Below, in pieces: positions 9,663-19,191 of a DNA stretch of 64,000 nt. The notes under the pieces were generated by a model. It saw only the letters and a program-made list of their open reading frames with translations. It was not told the DNA's origin and ran no database searches. The stretch is from the NCBI GenBank assembly GCA_943358385.1, contig CALRGX010000001.1:2380-66379 (forward strand), in the 5' to 3' direction. The position numbers were made by a program, and so were the translations under genes. Position 1 is the stretch's first letter, and each line of letters opens with the position of its first letter. The stretch is from Parcubacteria group bacterium (GTDB taxonomy: Bacteria; Patescibacteriota; Minisyncoccia; Phycocordibacterales; UBA2100).

Positions 9663-11811
9663 GGTTCATTGGTGCTGATGGTTTGAGTCCTTTGCGTTCT
9701 GCAAAACCTGGATCAGCAGCTTTGATTGAGAGATTGTACCTTCCTTTCTCATCAATCTCCTTTAGTATAACAGGCACCTTCTCTCCGAGTGACACAGCAT
9801 CAGACACTTTCTCGAATCTGAAGGGTGACATTTCCGAAATATGCACCAACCCTTCGGTGTTTGGTCCTATCTTTACGAACGCACCAAAGTCCATCAGGCG
9901 TGTTACCTCGCCTTCGAATCGTTCCCCTACCTCGTACTCGCGAGTCAGGTCGAATATTTCTTGGTGTGCGGCTTCTGCGGTGCCATTTTTGCCAGTGATG
10001 TAGATAGTGCCATCATCATCGATAGAGATTTCCTCCACTTTGGTGCGGTCTTTGATGCCGTTAATCATTTTGCCACCAGGGCCGATGACGAGACCGATCT
10101 GATCTACCGCCACTTTCATGGTGATAATTTTAGGTGCGCGTGGGTTGATGTCAGCGCGTGGGAGAGCGATAGCACCCTTAATAACTTCGAGGATCTCGAG
10201 CCGTGCTTTCTTTGCTTGAGCAAATGCTTCGGTAAGTACTGCAAGAGGAACTCCTTCTACTTTTACGTCCATCTGGACGCCGGTGACACCATCGCGCGTG
10301 CCCGCCACCTTAAAGTCCATATCACCATGGTGGTCTTCGGGCCCTTGGATGTCAGTGAACACTTTGTACACGCCTTTCTTCGCATCCGACATCATACCCA
10401 TTGCAATGCCTGCGACTGGCTTTTTAATCGGCACGCCTGCGTCCATCAATGCCAATGTGCCTGCGCACACGGTACCCATCGAGGTAGAACCGTTACTTGC
10501 CAGACACTCAGACACGATACGGATGGTGTACGGGAATTCGCCCTTTGGTGGGATAACAGCACGAAGTGCTTTCTCAGCTAGTGCGCCGTGGCCAATCATG
10601 CGGCGGTTGGTACCCCCAACGCGCCCTGTTTCACCTACAGAAAATGGGGGGAAGTTGTAGTGCAGCATGAATCGTTTCTTACCATTTTGCTGCTCAATAG
10701 TGTCGATTATTTGGGCCTGATCAGGGCCACCCAAGGTCACAATGCCTAATACGTGTGTTGCACCTCGGTAGAACAATCCCGTGCCATGAAGTATGGGAGA
10801 GATTCCTCCGGCTTGTGCAAAGAGCGGGCGGATTTCATCAAATCGACGACCATCCACGCGCTTCCCTTTCTCGATCGCCAACGTGTGCACGTATTCGTCC
10901 ATGTGGTGCTCAAAGTATCCATCCAGTTTCTTGGAGTCGATATCGGGCACTTGCTCCGCAGCGTGTGCCATCCATTCGCCTTTCAAAATCCCAAAATCTT
11001 CTTTCCGTAAGAGATGATTTTTGTCCTCAATACGCTTCATGATTTGTGAAGCGAAGATGGGGGCGAGGCGTGCATCGTCGGTCATTGCCGGGACGAATGA
11101 GAATTTTTCTGTACCGCCTTCTGCCACTATTTTTGCCTGCCAGACTTGGATTTTCTCGATCTCTTCTGATGCACGGGCGAGTGCCTTCGCCAGTATGTCT
11201 TCACTTACTTCACTTGCACCCACTTCGATCATGTTTATTAAACCATCCTTACCGCACGCGGTAAGGTCGAGCAGTGCTTTCGGAGTACCGTCCTCGTCAC
11301 GTTCCTTGTACGTAGGATTCACGATGAACTGGTCGTTTCCTTCCACTAAGCCAACTCGAATCGAGGAAACAGGGCCATTAAAAGGAATCTGTGATGTGGA
11401 GAGTGCCAACGACGCTGCGGTGACCGCCAAGATGTCGGCGTCGTACTCTTCCAGGGAGAGAACGGTAATAATGACCTGTACATCGCGCTTCAGCCCCTTT
11501 GGAAAGAGTGGGCGAATCGTTCTGTCGACAATGCGGCCTGAAAGCACAGCTTCATCCGATGGCTTACCTTCGCGACGCATAAAACGAGAGCCAAGAATGG
11601 CACCGGTGGCGTAGAAACGCTCTTCGTATTCGACAGAGAGGGGGAAATAGTCGAGCTGGGACTCCTTTGATCCCATGACGGCTGTTGCTAAAACAGCCGA
11701 GTTGCCATAGCGCACCAAAACTGATCCGTGTGCTTGGTCAGCCCAGTTGTTAAATTCTGCCGAGAGTGTCTTCCCTGCTACTTCCAATTCGTACACTTTT
11801 TTCTCCAACAT
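9607..11811 (-). CDS. pnp: Polyribonucleotide nucleotidyltransferase (PNPase)
   Basis: Two RNase PH domains (HYNFPPFSVGE, SNGSTSM, EDHHGDMDFKVAG), KH and S1 domains. Confidence 0.97.
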   Translation of the reverse strand: MLEKKVYELEVAGKTLSAEFNNWADQAHGSVLVRYGNSAVLATAVMGSKESQLDYFPLSVEYEERFYATGAILGSRFMRREGKPSDEAVLSGRIVDRTIRPLFPKGLKRDVQVIITVLSLEEYDADILAVTAASLALSTSQIPFNGPVSSIRVGLVEGNDQFIVNPTYKERDEDGTPKALLDLTACGKDGLINMIEVGASEVSEDILAKALARASEEIEKIQVWQAKIVAEGGTEKFSFVPAMTDDARLAPIFASQIMKRIEDKNHLLRKEDFGILKGEWMAHAAEQVPDIDSKKLDGYFEHHMDEYVHTLAIEKGKRVDGRRFDEIRPLFAQAGGISPILHGTGLFYRGATHVLGIVTLGGPDQAQIIDTIEQQNGKKRFMLHYNFPPFSVGETGRVGGTNRRMIGHGALAEKALRAVIPPKGEFPYTIRIVSECLASNGSTSMGTVCAGTLALMDAGVPIKKPVAGIAMGMMSDAKKGVYKVFTDIQGPEDHHGDMDFKVAGTRDGVTGVQMDVKVEGVPLAVLTEAFAQAKKARLEILEVIKGAIALPRADINPRAPKIITMKVAVDQIGLVIGPGGKMINGIKDRTKVEEISIDDDGTIYITGKNGTAEAAHQEIFDLTREYEVGERFEGEVTRLMDFGAFVKIGPNTEGLVHISEMSPFRFEKVSDAVSLGEKVPVILKEIDEKGRYNLSIKAADPGFAERKGLKPSAPMNHARGEQPKRENSSPGDRV

Positions 11812-11830
11812 AGGTCATCTGTAAAATAAT

Positions 11831-11894
11831 GTGGCTCTCAGATTTCAGTATTCGTACCCACCAAGGGTGCAAATGCTGCGTATCCAAGAGTCAC
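11831..11894 (-). promoter_or_regulatory. Long irregular hairpin in the pnp 5' leader
   Basis: Arms 11831-11859 and 11865-11894 pair along most of their length, with G-U pairs on the minus-strand transcript. Confidence 0.6.
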
Positions 11895-11977
11895 GCGAGT
11901 AATGAAGCTACTGTAGCAGAAAAAAAGAGGCGGTGGTATGGTGCCCAAAGCTGCAGTAGAAAAGGCGAGGTTCTCTT

Positions 11978-12238
11978 ATGTGGAAGCATACGCTCTATGT
12001 CGCTGCCGGACTCTTAGGTATCCCCGTACTGGCAGTCGGGATAGTTTCTTTGGTCCCGGCCCCAGGAAAAGCCCAAGCAAATAGACCTGAGATGATGACG
12101 TTTGTCGGGAAGATCCCGATCGATGGCACGTACGAGCACCTTCATCACTACCAGAGCAAGAATGGCACCAACTGTTTCGTTTTGGTGACAGAACGAGGTG
12201 CCAAAACGGCGCAGCACATCTCCTGTGTGCGCAACTGA
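11978..12238 (+). CDS. Small exported hypothetical protein
   Basis: Signal/TM N-terminus, two Cys, GAGG RBS, downstream hairpin. Confidence 0.7.
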   Translation: MWKHTLYVAAGLLGIPVLAVGIVSLVPAPGKAQANRPEMMTFVGKIPIDGTYEHLHHYQSKNGTNCFVLVTERGAKTAQHISCVRN

Positions 12239-12291
12239 GCACCTGTTTGCCGCCGCCTCTTCGAGGCGGCGGCTCTGTGTATACTGAGCCT

Positions 12292-12885
12292 ATGAAACAG
12301 TTATTTTTTGTGCACGGCGGTGATTCACTCAAGGCTGGAGAAGATTTTTTCACCCATTGGGAATCGGATGCATTGTGGCGAGTTATGGATCCATTTGTGA
12401 AGGGGCTGCCACATAAGAAATGGAAAGAAGACCTGTTTGAAAAACTGGGAGTTGATTGGGTATGCGCGGCACCCCGCTTCCCCAACGACATGGATGCGCA
12501 CTACGTGCAGTGGAAATGGTGGTTTGAAAAACACACTCCGTTTATGAAAGACGGAGTGGTACTCGTCGGGCACTCGCTCGGCGGCAACTTTCTGGGCAAG
12601 TATCTTGCCGAAAACGAGCTTCCTATTCGTGTAGGGCAGCTTCACTTGGTGGCACCAGCGTGGGGTGAAGGTGATTTCATCATGCCTGTGAGTCTGGCGT
12701 TAATTGAAAGACAAGTGTCTCGTACACACATCTACCACTCTAGTGATGATGTGGTGGTGCCAATTGCACACGGTGAGCGTTTTGCTGCCGCGCTCCCATC
12801 CGCAGAATTTGTGCGCTTTTTGGATAGAAATCACTTCTTTGCACAAGTAGAGTTCCCGGAATTACTTGAAAGACTACAGCGCTAA
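12292..12885 (+). CDS. Alpha/beta hydrolase, RBBP9/YdeN-like
   Basis: FVHGG, GHSLGG nucleophile elbow, DDVVVP, catalytic His in NHF. Confidence 0.88.
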   Translation: MKQLFFVHGGDSLKAGEDFFTHWESDALWRVMDPFVKGLPHKKWKEDLFEKLGVDWVCAAPRFPNDMDAHYVQWKWWFEKHTPFMKDGVVLVGHSLGGNFLGKYLAENELPIRVGQLHLVAPAWGEGDFIMPVSLALIERQVSRTHIYHSSDDVVVPIAHGERFAAALPSAEFVRFLDRNHFFAQVEFPELLERLQR

Positions 12886-12921
12886 TCAGAAAAAAAACCG
12901 CACTACAGTGCGGTTTTTTTG

Positions 12922-13530
12922 CTACCAGCCAGTTGATGAGTCTTCTGTTGGCTCGACGAATGAATCTTCGGCAGGTATTTCTTCCTTTGGTTCGCGTCCT
13001 TTGCGTGAGAAGCGGGGGGCGCGATAATTAATGAGATAGCGACGTGGATCCTTATCCATATCGATAAAGTCGTTTGCAGCCTCCTTTAGTTTTGAAGAAG
13101 ATGATCGGCCAAATGAAATGACCTCAACCTGGCACCCCTCGTTGATTTTAAGGTACTCAACTAATGGTACAAAGTCTCCATCTCCGGTTGCCAAGATGAT
13201 GGCGTCAAGCTTTGGTGCAGCAGAAACTGCATCGATAGCCAAGCCAACGTCCCAGTCTGCTTTTTTGGCACCTCCAAAGAATATCTGGAGTGGTTTCGTG
13301 CGAATTTCAATACCCACTTTTTGGAGAGCTTCAAAAAAAGGCTTTTCATCGCCAGATTCGGTGTCTACTACGTAGGCTCGCGCACGGATGAGCTGGCGCC
13401 CTGCTACTGCATCCTTCAAAACGCTATCAAAATTTACCTTAGCGTGGTAGAGGTTGCGCGCACTGTGATAAAGGTTTTGCGTATCAATGAATACGGCCAC
13501 ACGCTGGCCGGGGTGTTTTATAACGTTCAT
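12922..13530 (-). CDS. NYN domain protein (LabA/DUF88)
   Basis: VFIDTQN, KADWDVGLAID, TGDGDFVPL. Confidence 0.9.
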   Translation of the reverse strand: MNVIKHPGQRVAVFIDTQNLYHSARNLYHAKVNFDSVLKDAVAGRQLIRARAYVVDTESGDEKPFFEALQKVGIEIRTKPLQIFFGGAKKADWDVGLAIDAVSAAPKLDAIILATGDGDFVPLVEYLKINEGCQVEVISFGRSSSSKLKEAANDFIDMDKDPRRYLINYRAPRFSRKGREPKEEIPAEDSFVEPTEDSSTGW

Positions 13531-13636
13531 AACGTAATGTAGTAAGAGACCGCAGCCTCCTATCAAGTATAGGTAATCTAATTAAAAAAAGAGAAAAGTG
13601 GAGAATTTGGCCAAGAACGGTAGCTGCGGCTGCCGT

Positions 13637-13903
13637 CTATTTCTTGAGTCCAAGCTTCTTGACGAGCGCGTTGTATGAACGCTTGTCGTTCTTTTCGAGG
13701 TACTTCAAATGCCGACGGCGGTCAGCAACGAGCCCCAAAAGACCGCGACGTGAGTGCTTATCTTTGTGGTTTTTCTTCAAATGGTCAGAAAGCTCATCAA
13801 TACGGCGAGAAAGGACGGCAACCTGAACTTCAGGCGAGCCAGTATCCTCGTCGTGGCGACGGGTTTTCTTCATTTCGTTGACTTTCTTCTGCTTCGTCAG
13901 CAT
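13637..13903 (-). CDS. rpsO: 30S ribosomal protein S15
   Basis: DTGSPEVQVA, HKDKHSRRGL. Confidence 0.97.
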   Translation of the reverse strand: MLTKQKKVNEMKKTRRHDEDTGSPEVQVAVLSRRIDELSDHLKKNHKDKHSRRGLLGLVADRRRHLKYLEKNDKRSYNALVKKLGLKK

Positions 13904-13938
13904 GATGCAAGTATAGCACAGCTGTTTGTGATTTGCAA

Positions 13939-13980
13939 GTCCGCACACCTTAGGCCGCGGTGCGGCTAAGGTGTGCGGGC
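13939..13980. repeat. Palindromic repeat, copy 1 (second copy at 35891-35930)
   Basis: CCGCACACCTTAGGCCGCGGTGCGGCTAAGGTGTGCGG. Confidence 0.8.
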
Positions 13981-14168
13981 AAGCCCCGCCCCATGGGGCC
14001 GAAGGACCGTAAAATCCTTACTCTCTATGATTTTAGGTGTAAGTGCCACCTATCTCAACCATGCTGCAAGCTCGTTCTGTTCAGTATATAAAATCTGCGG
14101 CAGACATTAGCCGCTTTGCTTTCGACTCAGGAAAAATATTGTGCGACGCCCCATGCTATGCTTTTTGT

Positions 14169-15083
14169 ATGGCGAGTAAATCCCCTATTGAAGAATATAA
14201 GCAGCAGTTTTTGGAATATGTGGAAATTGAGCGGGGCAGATCGGTAAAAACCGTTGAAAACTATGACCATTACCTCACTCGATTCTTTGAACAGGCAAAA
14301 GTAAGGCGCCCCGAAGACATTTCACATAGTACCGTACGAAAATTTCGTATTTGGTTGAATCGCCAAGACGGTACTACGGGAAGCCTAAAAAAACGCACTC
14401 AAAACTACTACCTAATCGCACTGCGCGCTTTTTTAAAGTATCTGCGCAAACACAACATTAAGACGCTCCAGCCCGAGACGATTGAGTTGGCAAAACTTCC
14501 TGACAGAGAGATCGACATGATAAGCGAATCTGACCTCATGCGCCTATTAAAAGCTCCTGAAGGTAGTTCCCTTTCCGTATTGCGCGACCGAGCCATCCTT
14601 GAAACGCTCTTTTCTACAGGTTTGCGTGTCTCTGAGCTCACTTCTCTTAATCAAGACATTGATTTGTCGCGCGACGAAATAACAGTACGAGGAAAGGGTG
14701 AAAAACTGCGCGTGGTATTTTTCTCTCCCACGGCAAAGGCTGCTATAGCGCACTACCTTAAGCAAAGGGATGATTTCGACGAGGCGCTCTTTGTGCAATA
14801 CGGGAAAAACCTGAAGCAAGCAAAAGAGCGGCGCCTCACTCCGCGCTCGGTAGAGCGAATGGTGAAGAAGTACGCCATAAAAGCAGGTATAACCAAGAAG
14901 GTGACACCCCATATCGTGCGGCACAGTTTTGCAACAGATTTGTTGCAAAACGGTGCGGATATACGTAGTGTCCAGGTACTCTTGGGGCACGCCAGTATCA
15001 ACACCACCCAGATTTACACGCACGTCACTGACAAGCACCTCCGTGAGATTCATAGCAAATTCCACGGCAAACGCCGCTCGTAG
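14169..15083 (+). CDS. XerC/XerD-family tyrosine recombinase
   Basis: TGLRVSEL, GKGEKLR, HIVRHSFAT, LLGH, TQIYTHV; SAM-like N-domain. Confidence 0.92.
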   Translation: MASKSPIEEYKQQFLEYVEIERGRSVKTVENYDHYLTRFFEQAKVRRPEDISHSTVRKFRIWLNRQDGTTGSLKKRTQNYYLIALRAFLKYLRKHNIKTLQPETIELAKLPDREIDMISESDLMRLLKAPEGSSLSVLRDRAILETLFSTGLRVSELTSLNQDIDLSRDEITVRGKGEKLRVVFFSPTAKAAIAHYLKQRDDFDEALFVQYGKNLKQAKERRLTPRSVERMVKKYAIKAGITKKVTPHIVRHSFATDLLQNGADIRSVQVLLGHASINTTQIYTHVTDKHLREIHSKFHGKRRS

Positions 15084-15135
15084 TGTGTGCATAGCAGTGT
15101 TTTGCGTTTCTGCGTGTATAGCCTAGGATGTTGCT

Positions 15136-15672
15136 ATGCACCCCACCTCTCCTGAAGACATTAAATCTACGATGGTATTGTTTGCGCTGAAACACCCTTT
15201 AGGTGTAATTGCAACGAGTTCTTCCTCAAATTACCCGTCCGCATCGTGGGTATACGTATTCCCGCATGATGATTTCACTTTCTATGTGGGAGCACGAACG
15301 ACCACCCAGAAGTTTCACGATATTGAGGAAAATTCCGCTGTTTCTATAGCATTGGCAGATGCGGGTACCCTAGAAACGTTGCAGATACGGGGAGAGGCAG
15401 AGGCAATAGCAGACCCTGTACAGGTGCGCCAGCTGCTAGAAACTCTGCGTGAAACTTTCTCCAAAGAGCGCAAGGGATGGATGGCGCCAGCAGATCGAGA
15501 CACGCACGGATTGTATAACATCGACGTATCACGTTGGGTGCCCCCTGTGTCACAGATGCGCGAAGGGGCCTATATATTTTACAAAATTACACCTGCTTGG
15601 GCGCGCTACCGCCGCTATGATGCAGACTGGAAGGAAGGACGAGACTACACAGAGTACGAGATAAAAACGTAG
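15136..15672 (+). CDS. Pyridoxamine 5'-phosphate oxidase-like FMN-binding protein
   Basis: GVIAT...TQKFHDIEENSAVSI...LQIRGEA split-barrel pattern. Confidence 0.75.
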   Translation: MHPTSPEDIKSTMVLFALKHPLGVIATSSSSNYPSASWVYVFPHDDFTFYVGARTTTQKFHDIEENSAVSIALADAGTLETLQIRGEAEAIADPVQVRQLLETLRETFSKERKGWMAPADRDTHGLYNIDVSRWVPPVSQMREGAYIFYKITPAWARYRRYDADWKEGRDYTEYEIKT

Positions 15673-15750
15673 CCAGGGTTGTTGTGGGGGGCATGGTCAC
15701 GGTGTAAGTGCGCGAGTATTCTGCGCAACGATTGTGCTAGCATGCGCTGT

Positions 15751-16542
15751 ATGAGAATTGTTTCATGGAACGTGAATGGTATACGAAGTGTACACAATAA
15801 GGGGCTGTTTCTCCCGATGATTGAAACACTGAAACCTGATATTTTATGCCTGCAGGAGACCAAGGCAGAACAAGGTCAGGCAGTCATTGATTTGCCGGAC
15901 TACGAGGAATACTGGCACTCTGCCCAAAAAAAAGGCTATAGTGGCACTGCTATATTTACTAAAATTAAGCCATTGAAAGTTTTGGTGGGCTTCGATCCTG
16001 CTGTTGCCAAAAAGTACAATTTGGTCGACAGTTATGGCGATCTGACACATGAAGGGCGCGTAATAACCCTTGAGTTTAAAGACTTTTTTGTCGTCAACTG
16101 TTACACACCGAACTCCAAAGGTGACCTCTCTCGTCTCCCGATGCGGCACAAACAGTGGGACCCTGCATTTCTCGAGCATTGCAAATCACTCGCAGAGAGC
16201 AAGGAAGTTTTCTTTTGCGGCGATTTAAACGTCGCGCACACGCCTGACGACGTTGCAAATGCCAAAGCGAATGAGGGTGAGCACGGTTTCACTGTGGAGG
16301 AACGTGAAGGCGTGGACCATATGATTGAAGCGGGTTTTGTAGATACTTTCAGAATTTTTGAAAAGGATAAAGGGCACTATACCTGGTGGACCCCATGGAG
16401 AAATGCTCGTGAGCGAAACGTGGGGTGGCGCATCGACTATATATTTGTGAGCAAAAAAATAGCGAAGAAGGTTTCCCATGCAACAATCCACCCACGTGTA
16501 CTCGGATCAGATCACTGTCCTGTCTCAGTGGATATTGCATAA
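15751..16542 (+). CDS. xth: Exodeoxyribonuclease III / AP endonuclease
   Basis: SWNVNG, LQETK, GYSG, GDLNVAH, GWRIDY, SDHCP. Confidence 0.95.
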   Translation: MRIVSWNVNGIRSVHNKGLFLPMIETLKPDILCLQETKAEQGQAVIDLPDYEEYWHSAQKKGYSGTAIFTKIKPLKVLVGFDPAVAKKYNLVDSYGDLTHEGRVITLEFKDFFVVNCYTPNSKGDLSRLPMRHKQWDPAFLEHCKSLAESKEVFFCGDLNVAHTPDDVANAKANEGEHGFTVEEREGVDHMIEAGFVDTFRIFEKDKGHYTWWTPWRNARERNVGWRIDYIFVSKKIAKKVSHATIHPRVLGSDHCPVSVDIA

Positions 16543-16937
16543 AGGACATTTCCAAGTCTGTGTTCAGGCGAGAGGTGTGGAGTTGTCCACAGGTGGCGTG
16601 AATATGTCCTTTACATCTTTCTATAAAGGACAGATACTACATGAAGAAATTGTTCATTACACATAAGCGTCTTCTATGTGCCGAGGATCACATAGACACA
16701 AATAATAAACAAATTACCTCCAACAAAAAACGTAATAGTAGGAGCGAAAACATAAGAAGCCGAGACTTCTAAAAAGTAACTCTGATTGGAATAAAAGGTA
16801 CATTAATAAAATTGTGAAAAAGATGCGTCTAAAAGGTCGCTTCGTGGGGATATACAAAACCGCGAAGCGGCTTTTGTTTTTGTATTTTTGTGTTATGGTG
16901 ACATTTAGCGTAAAGCTTGCCCGCAACAGGAGGTGGC

Positions 16938-17480
16938 ATGACCGTTCGATACTACGCCAGCTTCTGGCGGACAATCCGGTATGCTCATGTATGCATACCG
17001 ACCGTTCGAAAAGAGAATTTTACGACACTGGGGACCCCTGAAATACTCCTGGTGCTCGATAAAGCAGACAAGGCGCCCCGCGAGCCGTGGTGGCGAATTC
17101 CTGGGGGTAGTATTGAAGATGGTGAAACCCCTGCAGCTGCTATGCACCGTGAGTTTCATGAAGAAACCAGCTGTCAGGTGCCCAAAACTGAAACCGTGTT
17201 GCAAAACAACGGTGGTCAGTTGGCTAACAAGACGAGGGCACTTCTTGTGGTTGGTATTAGCCCGCAGAAGATACTGCTTCCTGAGAACTTTAAGACGTCT
17301 GAGGTCTTTGCTGTGCGATACTTCCCCATCGATGCTCTTCCTTTCACTGGGAAAGAGCTTGGATCCGAGAGTTGCCGCCTGGACCGCTTTACGTATGAAC
17401 TGTTTGTGGCTTGCATACGAAGAAATTGGCGCCTATTGGAGCACCAAGGTATCGTCTCGTCGTTCAATTCGGTTCTATAA
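16938..17480 (+). CDS. Nudix hydrolase (divergent)
   Basis: PGGSIEDGETPAAAMHREFHEET; AGGAGG RBS. Confidence 0.8.
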   Translation: MTVRYYASFWRTIRYAHVCIPTVRKENFTTLGTPEILLVLDKADKAPREPWWRIPGGSIEDGETPAAAMHREFHEETSCQVPKTETVLQNNGGQLANKTRALLVVGISPQKILLPENFKTSEVFAVRYFPIDALPFTGKELGSESCRLDRFTYELFVACIRRNWRLLEHQGIVSSFNSVL

Positions 17481-17505
17481 ACCCCGCACGAGCTGCGGGG
17501 TTTCA

Positions 17506-18972
17506 CTATACAACCTTGTATTTTTTTCTCAGCAAGGCAATCTCTTTTTCGTCTTCCTCAGATCGTCTATCCTTCCCCGCCTCCCCTACAATCCGCAGCT
17601 CCTCTTCTGGAAGGGCGAGTAGTGCAAGGGTGCGTTCTTCCAGGTATTGTTCGGTGTTTTTTATGGGATCATCGAGCACTTCTTCAAGGAGCGCATGTAG
17701 CACCCAACCCAGGCGTTTACTTGGTTTCTCGCTACTTATTGCCATAATGCGGGCGCCGTCTATTTTCAACATAGCGACCGAAATAGGATCTCGGAGCGCT
17801 TCTTCCACCATAGAAATGTATTTTCGCAGTCGAAAAGGTTGCTCTTTGGGCCGTCCGGTGCCAATACGGTCACAAATGCGCAGATTAAGAAGGTCCCAGA
17901 TCCTCTTCTCCCCCACGTTTGCGATGGTACGGCGGACGGCTGATAGGCTTATTTCATCCGGGTCTGAAAAGAACATGTGCCAGCGTATCAGGGAAACTAC
18001 TTCCTCTGAAATTTCCTTCGAAAAATGCAGGTTCTGCAGTATTTTTCTGGCCATTTTGGCCCCAACCACTTCGTGGCCATGGAAAGACCAGTCGTTCTTT
18101 TTAGCGTCGTGGGCGCGTGTGCGTGGCTTGCCAATGTCATGGAGAAGTGCCGCAAGACGCACCGGAAGGGGCCATTTCTTGTCAGCCGCATGCTGCAGAC
18201 TACGGAGAAGGTGCTCGAATACGTCAAAAGCATGTGCTTGATTCTGCGAGCAACCTATGCCTTCTTCGAGTTCGGGAATAATGTGGCTCAGAAGGCCGAC
18301 TTTTTGGGCAATGTAGAGTGCCTGCATAGGGGCGTCAGTGTTCAAAATTTTAACCAACTCATCACGGATACGCTCTTTTGATATCTTCCCCAACTGTGGT
18401 GCATTTTCAGCGATGCCTGCGAGTGTGCTGGGTTCAATAGTAAAACCAAGCTCCGCGGAGAGACGGATGGCGCGCATCATGCGGAGTGCATCTTCAGCAA
18501 AACGGGTACGAGCCTCCCCCACTGTGCGAAGCGTTTTGCGTCCAATGTCTTCAATTCCTTCATGCAGGTCGACGATTTCTTCCTTGAGTGGCTCGTACGC
18601 AATTGCATTAACCGTGAAATCACGTCTGCGGAGGTCCTCTACGATGGTGTCAGCAAATCGAATGTCGTCCGGGCGGCGTGCGTCACTGTACTTCCCCTCC
18701 TCGCGATATGGTGTTATTTCGATGATGCTTAGTCTGGGGTCGGTGCTCTCTGTTTTGACCCCCACTGTGCCAAATGTATTTTCATAGAATGAGTCCGGAA
18801 AGACTTCCTGTATCTGTTCAGGGTTGGCATTTGTGGTGATATCCCAATCTTTGGGCTCTTTTCCTATGAGTAGGTCTCGCACACAACCACCAATCAGATA
18901 TCCCTCATAGCCGGCGGCAGCAAGCTTCTCCGAAACGATGCGGACTTCGGTCGGGACGTCGAGCTTTCGCAT
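17506..18972 (-). CDS. cca: CCA tRNA nucleotidyltransferase / poly(A) polymerase family with HD domain
   Basis: GGCVRD, DWDITT, RRDFTVNA, EDALRMMRA, LLHDIGKP. Confidence 0.9.
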   Translation of the reverse strand: MRKLDVPTEVRIVSEKLAAAGYEGYLIGGCVRDLLIGKEPKDWDITTNANPEQIQEVFPDSFYENTFGTVGVKTESTDPRLSIIEITPYREEGKYSDARRPDDIRFADTIVEDLRRRDFTVNAIAYEPLKEEIVDLHEGIEDIGRKTLRTVGEARTRFAEDALRMMRAIRLSAELGFTIEPSTLAGIAENAPQLGKISKERIRDELVKILNTDAPMQALYIAQKVGLLSHIIPELEEGIGCSQNQAHAFDVFEHLLRSLQHAADKKWPLPVRLAALLHDIGKPRTRAHDAKKNDWSFHGHEVVGAKMARKILQNLHFSKEISEEVVSLIRWHMFFSDPDEISLSAVRRTIANVGEKRIWDLLNLRICDRIGTGRPKEQPFRLRKYISMVEEALRDPISVAMLKIDGARIMAISSEKPSKRLGWVLHALLEEVLDDPIKNTEQYLEERTLALLALPEEELRIVGEAGKDRRSEEDEKEIALLRKKYKVV

Positions 18973-19119
18973 GGGAGCATTGTAGTACTTTTGTTGTATT
19001 TGGGCGACTTCAAGCGTATCATTGTGGCCAGCGAGGATCGAAGTGAAAATTGTGATGCAACTTTCACTTCGTCCGAGCGAAGACGCAAAGAGGTCTGGAC
19101 AAACGCCTTATTGTGCCGC

Positions 19120-19191
19120 GCTCCCGTGGTGAAACGGATATCACGACTGACTTCGGATCAGTTGTTCCAGGTTCGAGTCCTGGCGGGAGCA
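19120..19191 (+). tRNA. tRNA-Arg(UCG), CCA not encoded
   Basis: Acceptor GCTCCCG/CGGGAGC, anticodon arm ACTGA-CTTCGGA-TCAGT, T-loop TTCGAGT. Confidence 0.95.

Noticed and set aside
8548-9678. Long plus-strand ORF (376 aa) and similar antisense ORFs, e.g. 17411-18241 and 51939-52772
   Set aside because: Shadows of real opposite-strand genes, Ser/Ala-rich and without motifs
14169-15083. Tyrosine recombinase as a prophage or island integrase
   Set aside because: Xer-like size and motifs, housekeeping neighbours, no phage or cargo genes
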